Source: Lytechinus pictus (Eukaryota). Taken from it: a DNA stretch of 64,000 nucleotides. Shown piece by piece: positions 41,201-53,200 of the stretch (position 1 is the first letter of the stretch; each line of letters begins with the position of its first letter). A program made the translations under genes and the position numbers. The notes under the pieces were generated by a model, which was not told where the DNA came from, did not search any database, and saw only the letters and a program-made list of their open reading frames with translations. The stretch lies in the NCBI RefSeq assembly GCF_037042905.1, contig NC_087250.1, forward strand, positions 11,782,001-11,846,000, in the 5' to 3' direction.

Positions 41201-44200
41201 AGTGCAAACGAATACACGTAGCAATATGAAATGAATATCCATGTTAAGTATAAAATTCTTAAAATTATACTGTGAAATTTGACGAAATTTACAGAATTTG
41301 ACTGAATAATAGAGGTTTGTAGCAATCTCATGACTTCTAAAAAATGTCCAAATCTTTTGAATGCCCATTCCAAGAGAGCTTCGAATTGGGTAAACCTTAA
41401 AGCTTGCTAATTCAAAAGATAAATAAATAAGGCGAATGACGCCATGTGATTTTTTTTGCTTTTTGGAATATTAAGGTGCTAAAGTAACTCTGTGCAAAAT
41501 TTTATGAAACTGACATGGATTTCATTCTAACTTTGGAATGTCCTTAACTCACACTTAATTCTTTGTAAAACACCCCCTAGATAGAACACTCATTGGACAT
41601 TTCCGTACTCGTGTGGTTTCACGGGCCTAATTACAACTGGCAGGCAAAATATATTAATTCGAGCCAAACCATTCTCAATTTTTAAATTTGATATTGCTGA
41701 TTGACAAAAATTAATAAATATGATTGACAATCTGACACTGATTCTAGGGAGGGTATCTTCTAAACTTCCTTTTTCCAAATTGGAAAGATATATCAGCACT
41801 TTGGAACTATGTTTTTACTGGCGGAAGAATTAGTGCCATTTTACTCTCTCAAGTGATGAATTTGATCCTGTCAGGTGTAGTCTTCATAAATGCCAATTTA
41901 TTTTTTAAATGAGCCGGTCGAAGTACCTTTTTCTAGTCAGATATGGAATGTCAGACATAATCCTATTCACTGGTCGTCTGGTAGTAAACATTCAACCCTC
42001 AAATTTCCTCCTTATTTTTTTGATTTTTTTAAGTGCCACTTTAACAAACGAGTCTATTGAAATTCAATTAGGCCTCTGATACCGTGTATTCATGAATGTA
42101 TGACACTACTTTACCTCGTCCTCTCACGATGCAGAAAACTTCCTTGATCAGTATAGTGCTAATAAGCCTATTGTCTTGAAGAATGTTGATATTCATTTCC
42201 TGGATAACTTGGTTGTTTTTTATATCATAGTCTTTCAGAAAGAAGACGATATAATGCATTAGGCATTTCATCTCAACCTTTGTAATTACCTGCGAGTTTG
42301 ATATAAATAATAACAATAATATAAGCCTATTTTGACTTTATGTAAATTCCCCGCCCATTTATTTTATATTTAGCGAATCCTAATCTTAAAATTTGCATGA
42401 AAATTTGATGATAGGACCTGATGAGCCTTGACCAAAGGCAGGGACGGCAGATACGGGGGAGGGGGAACTCACTATCCAAAAATTCCAGGTAGGAAAGCAT
42501 TGTCCTTTTTCAAATAAAACGTGCCTTTTTTCAAAATGAAATATCCTTTTAAAGTAAACCTGCATTTTATGTCGGTTTGCGCTTCGCGCTTGAATCAATT
42601 ATTGTTTAGCAAGGTACTCATCCTGTTCATGGTTACAAAAATGATCAGAATATTAAGTTCTCAGGTTGGAAAAATTATTTATTATTTATTTATTTTACTT
42701 ATTTATTTATAACAAAATATTTCAGCAAAAGCTGGTATCAAAAGGGGCCCTAAAAGCATAAAAACATGTATATACAAGTGATACAAATATACAAAGTAAA
42801 AACATTATATAAATCATACATATTAGAACACAGAAAGGCATGCAAAATTGGAGCCATTAGAATGTTTGTAACACAGGAACCATTAACATTTTAAAATTTG
42901 CTGGACATAATGTATGATTTGATTTCTTTTTTAAAACTAGCATGACTAGTAGTCAGGTCCAGATTTAAAAAATGTGCTCAGAAAAAGTGCTTTAGGCATT
43001 TTGTGTGAATGCTGATTTATCAATTGTAATTCAGGGGTGCTGAATCCAAAAATGCTGTTTGTCAATCTTGATTCTGACGTTTTCATCCTCAAATCGGCAA
43101 AAACAAAATGGCGGCATTTTGAATGCGGTTTCCCATATTCAACGATTTTTATGTATGATTATATTTCAGAAATTGGGGTCTATGCATTATTTTGATACCC
43201 AGGGTTGCAAACATAATGTGTGCGATTGATTCGTCAGCCATCTTTAACTCCAAGATGGCAGCCATCATTCACAGCTGCTGATTGATAAATAATATAGCCA
43301 AATGTTTGTTAATTTTGGGGCGATGCTGGCATAATCACATTGTGTTATCTTTAACATGTCCGCCATTTTTTCCTCGCATGCATAGCAGAAGCAAGACATG
43401 GACGTCGCTTTTGCTACGGAGGCGATGACCATGGCGGTGGCGAAGTCAACATCATATCCTAACCGAGGTTAAGTTTTTGAAATGTCATAACTTTTAGGGT
43501 ATAGATGTCTATTTCATGAAACTTAGGATTAAACAAAGTCTATTGAGACAGGTTATAGTTACAAAAGGTCGTCAAGGGTACCTGAGATCCAACATAGCAT
43601 CCAAAACGGCATTCGTTAAGCCATCAACTCCAAAAATTAAAGTAAATCATCATAATCATCAAAAAAGCTTTCAAGGCAAATAATGAATCAGGACATGTTT
43701 ACAAGATAGTCAATGAGTGTGTCAGAGAATCCAAGATGACCTTCCTAAATGGCGTCTATAATGGACGTTGTAACTTTGAAATGGTCCAAATTCATATAAT
43801 ATCCACCTTGTAGAAATGACTTTGGAGTTTACCAAGAAAAAAATTGAAACATAAAAAAAAAAAATCATGGTTCCAAAGGGAAAATTACATTTAGTCCGGG
43901 TTATAATTGAGCAAGAAGCCACACGGAAAAGGAAAAATTTTAATATAGTGCTTCTAGACCACATTTTTTACGCTGAATATGAATATATGAAGTAACCAGG
44001 CTGTATCCTAAAAATTAATCCGTGAGGGCGCTTTTTTCAAAATGGCCGCCAACTTTTCATAACATTTGAATTTTCGTACATAGATTTTGACATACACATT
44101 CCATTGCCACAAAATTAGTGTCATTTGAAAGACAAATAAATTTCCTATAATTTGGTACTATTTAAAGGGGATAAGTAGGTCATTTTAGGTAGAAAACTGA

Positions 44201-47200
44201 ATTTTTTGTCATTTTTTCCCAAAAATTTAACATTTTGCAAATACATGATTTTACATAATTCTAAGAAAAATTAATAAATTACCTTGAAATATTTCAGAAA
44301 ACTTTATTGATAAACTATTATTATGTCGATGAAATTCCAACTCTCTATCATTGTTTTTAGCAAAATTATAAGGTATCAAACTTGAATACTTCAATTTCAG
44401 AAATGCCACTTTTTGTATGCATTTCCATAGACTAATACGTATAACATGAATTATACATGTATGTATAATGTTTAGTTCAAAATTAAATGCAATTATCTCC
44501 GCTTTTTAACCACTTGGAGATTAAGAGTATGCTTTTCTCTATCAGATACATAAAAAAATGTTGGCACATCAAGGTCTGACCCTCTCATGGGGGTGGGGGT
44601 GTCGAAGTCACCCCCTGCCCTTGGCCATATCATGTTGTTGTATATTGCCTATTTGTTGGAAATAAATACTTTTTTTTTGGAGCACCCATTAAGGCAAAAA
44701 CAGGCATATCTGCTATATCCCCAACAGCCACTTTGATTGCTTTGAAACTATTTTCAGAGGAAAGAGTAGGCCTTGTTCTGCCAGCTACATCTAAAGAAGT
44801 GGCACATCGAAGCCTACCCCTCTCGGGGGGGGGGGGGGGGCTTTTGCTTAATTTTGCCAATTTATTTGAAAATTCACAATTTTTGACCCAATATTGAGGC
44901 CAAAAAGCGTTTGTGCTTTGTTGTACACCCCATTTTATTGATTTAAAACCACTTAGAGAGGAAAGAGTAGGGTTAGTTCTACCAGCTACATAAGCGCGGA
45001 CACATCGAACCCTAGCCCTCTCAGGGGCTGTCTAAGTCAACCCACCTTCTATATCATGTATATTACCGATTTATTGGATATTTCACAATTTTGGATCACC
45101 CATTGAGGCAAAAGCGCGTTTCTTCTATGAAGTACAGCCAATTTTATTTTCTAGCAATGACTTCGAGAAGAAAGTAGGCTTTGCTCTATCAGCTACATAT
45201 AAAGAAGTGTTGGCAAATCGAAGCTTATCCCCTTCAAAATGTTCAGGGGGGGGTAAGAATTTATCCCTTCAATTTCCGGTATTTGACTATTTGAAGAGCT
45301 CACTTGCAAAAGGGGTTAGGACCATTTTTCATCAAATTTGATTTTTTTTGTCTCAATGTATAGATTTTTAGTAGCTCTATAAGATGATACCAAAGAAAAG
45401 TTGAAATTCCCATTAAAAAGTGATCTAAAATGGCAAAGAAAAATCACTTTTTTTTCAAACCTCTAAACCTCTAAATTTTTAGCCATTCTGATGAAAACAG
45501 CGAAAATTTGAAATTCACATGAAAACATGAATAAAAGTGGCAAAGAAAAATCAATCTTTTAATCAAAAGAGATTGGATTCATTTCAGTTTAGTTGCAAAA
45601 GGGGTTAGGTCCACAATGATAATTTTTTCTAAAATATATAGAAAAAATTGAAGACAGGTAGATTTCTTTTATACCAAATTTTATGTTCATATGATAGGGT
45701 AGTACATCATGGCAATTTAGTTTCTCATAAGAATGTTGCAATAAGTGAGAATAAAAAACATGGTTTTTCTCGGAATGGTCCAAAGTGGACCTAACCCCTT
45801 TTGCAACTAAACTCTTCATATAGAGGGGGGGGGGTTGACTTAGATAGCCCCTGGGAGGGGTAGGTTTTGATGTGCCAGCGCTTCTTAATAATATGTAAGT
45901 GATAGAGCAAAGCCTACGCTTTCCTCTCCAAGTAATTGCAAAAAAAATAAAATTTGCTATATGATATATAGTAGAAACGCCCTTATGCCTCAATGGGTGA
46001 CCCAAAATGGTGAATTATCCAATAAATCGGTAATATACATGATATAGAGGGGGGGGGGGTGACTAAGACAGCCCATAAGAGGGCTAGGGTTTGATGTGCC
46101 AGCGCTTATTTATATGTAGCTGGTAGACAAATCCTACTCTTTCCTCTCTAAGTGGTTTAAAATCAATAAATTGGGGTGTACAACAAAGCACACACGCTTT
46201 CTGGCTCAATGTTGTGTCCAAAATTGTGAATTTTCAAATAAATTGGCAATATTTAGCAAAGCCATCCCCCCCCCCCCCCGAGAGGGGTAGGCTTCGATGT
46301 GCCACTTTTTTAGATGTAGCCAGTAGAACAAAGCCTACTGTTTCCTCTCCAAGTAGTTTCAAAGCAATCAAAGTGGCTGTACTGTATATAGCATATATGC
46401 CTGTTTTTTCCTCAATGGGTGCTCCAAAAAATCAGTATTTTTTCCAACAAATAGGCAATATACAACAACATGATTTAGCAAAGGGCAGGGGGAGGGTGAC
46501 TTTGACACCCCCACCCCATGAGAGGGTCAGACCTTGATGTGCCAACATTTTTTTTATTTAGCTGATAGATAAAAGCCTACTCTTAACTCCCCAAGTGGTT
46601 AAAAAGCGGAGATAGTTGCATATAATTTTGAACTATACATTATACATACATGTATTATACATGTTATACGTATTAGTCTATGGAAACGCATACAAAAAGT
46701 GGCATTTCTGAACTCGAAGTATTCAAGTTTGATACCTTATAATTTTGCTAAAAAGAATGATACAGAGTTGGAATTTCATCGACATAATAATAGTATATCA
46801 ATAACGTTTTTGAGAACATTTCAAGGTAATTGATTTATTATTCTTAGAATTATGTAAAATCATGTATTTGCAAAAAAAAAATCAATTTTTGGGAAAAATG
46901 ACAAAAAAAATCAAGTTTTCTACTTAAAATCTCAGCCAAATGACCTACTTATCCCCTTTAAATAGTACCAAATTGTAGGAAATTTATTTGTCTTTCATAT
47001 GACACTAATTTTTGTTGCAATGGAATGTTTATGTCAAAATCTATGTACGAAAATTCAAATGTTATGAAAAGTTGGCGGCCATTTTGAAAAAGCGCCCTCA
47101 CTGGTCAATTTTAAGGGTACAGCCTGGTTACCTCATATATTCATATTTAGCGTACAAAACTGGTCTAGAAGCACTATATGAACATTTCTCCTTTTCCGTG

Positions 47201-50200
47201 TGGCACCTTGCTCAATTATAACCCGGACTAATTGGGAAAATTTCAGAGCTAATCAGTGGTGCAGTTTTGCAATAAAATGATGATGGCTTTAAAGGAAAAA
47301 TGACATTTCTAGAAAAAATTTGGCTGCAAAGTGCATACAATATCTACCAAGATACATTTTTGTGTCTTTCTCATGATTTCAAGGGTCAAATGGTATAGGT
47401 GAAGACGAATTATAGGAATATGCTGTTGTCCATTTTGTAAAAAAAATGAAGAACGCTCCAAAAATTACATTCGAAGGAGCCACCATAAATACAAAAATAA
47501 CATTACCTCATAACCCATTTAACACCACTATTTTGGTTTCTCTGTTCTTAAGACTCATAAAAATATGATTTGCAGGAGTTAGGGACATACTTAGATGACG
47601 GTGCAACAATAAGAAGACATCCGAAAAACAAACTTTAAAAAATAAGGTACACTTTCACCTAAAAAGTTCCATAATTCACTGATTTCAAGACACGTCATTT
47701 TAGTGCTTAGGAATATCCTATGGTTTCATGATTATGGGACAGCAGTCATTTTTACGCAATTTTAGAAGTCGCTTCGGACTTTTACGACCGTGACGAAAAG
47801 GAAAACTGACCATGTTTGTTATTTGTCCCGATTTATTATTTTATCTTTCAAACAACGATGGTATAGATTTTGTTAACCTAATTATGACTATGTTTAGGTG
47901 ATGGAAGTCTTTTTAGACTCATTTTGAAAGCCATATTTGAATAATAGGCAAAATGGACAGCTTCATACCATTGTATAACTAGTCCTAAAGTATTATTCAA
48001 CCCTTGAAACCATAGTATAGACACTAAAATCATATCTCCCATGTATTCAGAATAGATTATGTCAATTTTTAAGTATTAGCAGCCATTTTAGACTCCTTTA
48101 TTGGAAGCCATCTTGGGTTTTTAGACATACAGAACCATTCATTGCCCTTGTAACTTATCATAATGCATTACCTGACCATTTAAACCAAGGGTTAGACATC
48201 CTAATCATATACCCCAGGCGGATATTTAACAAACTATGTCAGTTTTTAGGTAACAATTGCCATTTTAAATTCTAATTTTGGAAGCCTTCTTGGACATGCT
48301 GGACATCTGACTGTCCTTGTAATTTATCCTTTATTATTTGACCCTTTAAACCATGGGATAAACACCAAAATCATATACCCCAGGCTGATATTAGACAAAC
48401 TATGTCAGTTTTTCGGTAAGAACGGCCATTATATAGACTCCATTTTTGGAAGCCATTATAGATTTTTGGATATACTGGAACCACTAACTGCCATTGTAAC
48501 TTGCTCCAATGTGATATTTGACCCTTTAAACCATGGGTTATACTAAATAAATCACATTCTTCGGGCGGTTATTAAACAAACTGTGCCGGTTTGTAATTAA
48601 CGACAGACATTTTATACTCCATTTTTGCTAACCATCTTGGATTTTTGGACATGGAAGGCCTTGGACTGTCTTTGTTACTTGTCCCAACGTATTTCTTGAC
48701 CCATTAAACCATGGGTTAGACACCAACATCATATCCCCAAGGCGGATATTAAACAGAGCATGTTGGATTTTAGGGTTTTTAGACTCCAATTTTGAAAGCC
48801 AGCTTAATTGGATTTTTGGACATAGTGGACCGTTGACTGTCCTTGTAACTTGTCCCAGTTTACTTCTTGACCCTTGAAATCACCAATGAATGAAACCAAA
48901 ATAAAAGACACTAAAATAGGTAATAGATGAATTGTGAATTTTTAGGCCATGGCAGCGATTTTTACGCAATGTTGGATTTTCAGGTACACTGGAGTGCTTA
49001 TGTTCACTCTTTCCTTTGTACCCCTACACTATTGAATACATGTATGCACCGAAAAAGATGTCTAGGGTAGATAAAGTGTCGGTTATTTTAATTTTCAGTT
49101 AATGGCGGCAATCTAAGACGCCATCTTAAAAAATAACCACTTTCCCGGATCCGGATTTTGGTAGATTTTTATTATGTTATTCCTGAGATCAAATAGTACT
49201 AAAAACCGTTGACAAACATTTTTGTTACAAGTTTTGGGGGTTCAGAATAGAGCCAAAAAAAAGGTGTAGAATGGCGGCCATATTGTTTTTGCCAATTTGA
49301 GGATTTTAACATCGAAATCATGGTTGGCAAACAGCAAATTTGGACTCAGCGCCCTCAAATTATGCTAAAACACTTCTCAATTCAGCATTAACACGATTTG
49401 CCTAAGGCAATCTACTTTTCTCAAATCTGGACCTGACTATAGGGTTTTTAAATGAAGGGGCAAGGAATTGAACATTGGTATTGAGGAGATAATGAATGAG
49501 CATTTAGAGTTTTCAGTATTGCATTTTGGGACATCGAGTTGTAGGTTGGAGGCAGATATTGCATTTACGTTATGTTTTTCGGATACTAATTTAAAGTTAT
49601 CATTAAAGAAATTGGAAGATGAATTATTTAAACTCTTAAATATGAATATTTATCGGAAGTACATTCCTCTTTGGGGATAGGAGAACCATTCTAGTTTTTG
49701 AATAGTTGATCAGACGGGGTGAGGACGATAGCTTTTAATAATATTCTGGCAGCACGTTTCTGAAGTTTTATTATTAGATTCGTTTGTGTGATAAATAGTA
49801 AGCCCCATACTTCACAACAATAGTCAATTTGACTTTGGATTAAACAGTTATAAATTATTTTTGCCGTGGTAACATCAATTAACGGATTAGCCTTTTTCAG
49901 TATGGCGAGAGCAGCACATACTTTTTAACTAACGTGTTTTACATGATCATGCCAAAGAAGTTAATCGTCTATTATGACACCTAAACACTTAGTAGACTGA
50001 ACCTTCTTTATTACTTTATCATCAAATGTAATAGAAATATCTGAATCAGATTTATTATAATTGTTCATTCTTTGTCTTGACCCCAGTATCATCATATTTG
50101 TCTTTTCAACATTGATGATTAACTTATTTAAATTTAACAATTGGTTTGGAGCATTTACATCGTCTTGTAAAACCAATTTTATACTATCTATATCGAATTC

Positions 50201-53200
50201 TGATAAAAAATAATGTTTTGTCGTCGGCAAACATTGTAACTTGACCATTCTTTATTACATGAGGCAAGTCGTTAAAATCACAAATTTTCAGCTCGCGCTT
50301 CACGCTCGAATTATTTTATTGTTAAGATACGTATCCTATTCATGCGTCACTAAATACAGTCCTTAACAGGTTCCGTTTTTGGTCAGTATTTCTATATTTT
50401 AGCTAGCGCTTCGCGCCCGCGTTGATATAGTTACATGCACATATTTTTTATGATAACAAAATTACATGAAATGTCCACACGTTAGGCTCGCGATTTGCGC
50501 CCGCAACATCCTACAAGGATGTCATTTTGACAGTAGTTAGCACCGTAATTACCGTAATAGACCAAAAAGCGTGTTTTTACAATTTTATATATTTCTTTCA
50601 AACCCCTCGCTCGTTACGCTCGCTAGAGGAAAACAGAAAGCATATATCTTATCAATCAGAAATCACTTCAAAAGGCTTTGCCAAATGTAATTACTACAAA
50701 ACACACAACTACTTCACACAGTTGATAATCTCATGGTGAAAATATAATTATGTTTGCACCAAAATGCCCACTATAAGAGCTCTTTTTGGCTCCCCCAACG
50801 AAAATACGTTCCGCCGCCCCTGACCCAAGGTTAATATGTAGTAAATAAGAATGATTTAGTATAATCAGCTATTCATGATATGATTAATGATTGACTTTTT
50901 ACAAAATTGTGGCTGGATGAAATCATCTTGATCCCAAGACTGCAAATCATACAATATTATTTAACACGATAGCCCATATGACGAAATAAACGAAGAAATT
51001 TCACCTGTCTGAAGTCGAATATTGTGTACAAATATAATAGTTGAAAATAATTGAAAATTAATAATAATTCATAACATAGTTTTATAATAATTGTTATTAT
51101 TTTTTCATGTTGTTAATGTTCATTTTTCATGTTCTCATGTATCGTTATCCTTTCATTTATTTCATTCTTGTTTACATGCATATAATCATGATAATTGAAA
51201 TGGGGTTTCAAGGGTGTTGATCATCGAGATCAAGGGCGGATGCAGGATTTTCCAAAGGGGAGGGGGGCATTTTCCGAGGAAATATTTGACAAGGAAAACT
51301 AAAATATTTCAACAGAAGTTTAAGAACATGTCGTCCACGGAATAGTTTCACACAAAAAAGGTGTTCACTTTCAAGGTGGGGGGGGGGGGGGGCAGACTTC
51401 TGTTTTAACGTCATTTTTACATTGCAAATTGTAATTGTGCCTCTCAAAGGGGAGGGGGCTTACGGGCCGACTTTGCCCCTCCCCTGGATCAGCCAGTGAT
51501 CGGCGAAAGGTTTCATGTAAGAATGTTTTTATTCAATTATTTCTTACCCTCTTTTGTGTTACACCTTTCCTCGAACTCGTCTCTAAAATCACGTCTGAGT
51601 CCGTATCCAACATCACCGATATAGCCCGGGTATTCGGTTCATACCCCACCCACCTCTCATGTTCTGCGATTATCTGCGTAATAGGTAAATGAAATAAGAT
51701 ATATATATTTGTACCTTCAAGTTTCTTAATATATTTATCACTACATACATTGCAATCGCCTATAATGAGTACCTATACTAACTTAATAATAATAACAATA
51801 ACAATAATAATATTTCACTTTTATATAGCGCTTGATACATCTGACCCACGTGTCTAAGCGCTTTACAGATTATATTATTAACCCGGTCTTTGGATTCAAT
51901 TAGTCACTCATTGTACACACATTGTACGCCTATCCTCCACTTCCTGGGGAGTATTCCAGTCAGTCGCCAGCGATGCGCACACAGTACTGGACCGGCTACA
52001 ACGACTTTCACATCCTACCGGGTACCCATTGGGCGCATGGGTCGGGAGTGGCAAAGTGCGGATTAACGCCTTGTCAAAGAACGCCAGACCGCGGTAGGAT
52101 TTGAACACACGACCCTCTGTTTACAAGACGAGAGTCGGAACCACTACTCCACGGCTCCTCCGATTCTCTTGTAATGAACACCTATCAACTCCAAGAATGA
52201 CTGGAATGAGGACTGGGAAATGAATTGTGTGGGGGAGAGAGTTCCAGAGACTCGGTGAAACAGCAAAAAAAAACCCGGCTTTATCACCCCCAATGCCATT
52301 ATGGTTCTGGGTTCTCGAAAACACTTTTTATCCATGTGTGCGTGGTTTTAATCATTAATCGATCTTAATGTGTTAAGTGAGGGAAGTCGTGATGAGACGT
52401 GATGCATGGATTAAAATTCCAAAGATATTTGACTTATCGCGACCAAGACAAAAGCTGATTTAGTCGGAGGAAGCCAGCAGCCAGCCCAGTCCAGTGCTCG
52501 GACCATCGCCCATCTGATCACAGTTACTCCTGCCTTCCTCGACCAAGCAAGGACCAAGTAACGACCAAGATTTTCCAATAGGAGTATCCGGGTTGCATCT
52601 TGGTATCTTAAGTGATTCCATGTGGAGTTCCATAAGGCTAAATATTGGGTCCATTACTTTTCCTTGTCTACCTCAATGACTTAAATCTTCCTGAAAATAT
52701 CATATACTTTTTTCTGGCAGACAACGCATGCATAAAGACCACCAATATATTTACTTGACGCAGCAACAAAGACATGAGACAAGCCTTAGAATGGATCGAA
52801 TGCAATACATTATTTATCAGTATGCAATAAAACCATACTTGCTTTTTTATGTCATGAATGAATGAATAATATTCACAAAGTTTTAAATCGGAAATTTACT
52901 GGCCTAACTACCAACGACTAACTTACATAGAAGGGTCATATACATAAAACTTGAAAAAAAATAATGGAATTATATGTAAGGTTAGATCTTATTTCCTATT
53001 TGAATATTGTCTAATATGCACCCTACATTTATTATTCAGATTTTGAATTAAGGTGTAAATGTGTGTGGTTTTTGCCATGATTAGCATTTCAACAGCACTT
53101 CTCCCTCTACATAAAAAACATTATTCATTATTTGTCATTCTAATGCTCTAGCACACACGGATTTTTTTTACACATGGTATTTTTTAGATATCTGACCCTT

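Larger units (their letters stand above)
42950..49439. mobile_element. Academ-type element
   Basis: TAGTCAGGTCCAGATTT TIR; TSD TAG (42947-49/49440-42); diverged ~170-bp arms. Confidence 0.8.
42675..50277 (-). mobile_element. 5'-truncated CR1/L2-group LINE split by the Academ element (pieces 50277-49443 and 42946-42675)
   Basis: NDLPHVIKNGQVTMFADD, KCLGVIIDD and PKCNTE...FNSLPLHLK continue across the insertion as SFKKEIKSY; (TAAA)n tail. Confidence 0.8.
42439..50822. mobile_element. hAT-like non-autonomous element, outermost shell of a nested stack
   Basis: CAGGGACGGC ... GCCGCCCCTG; 8-bp TSD ACCAAAGG/ACCCAAGG; GCTCGCGCTTCGCGC-type internal motifs on both sides. Confidence 0.65.

Noticed and set aside
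41590..41640. Possible micro-exon between exons 3 and 4
   Set aside because: No good donor site; exons 3 and 4 already join in phase
52460..52654. Minus-strand ORF as an extra exon of the host gene
   Set aside because: Overlaps a plus-strand RT relic, has no suitable phase-0 donor, and is not needed by the model
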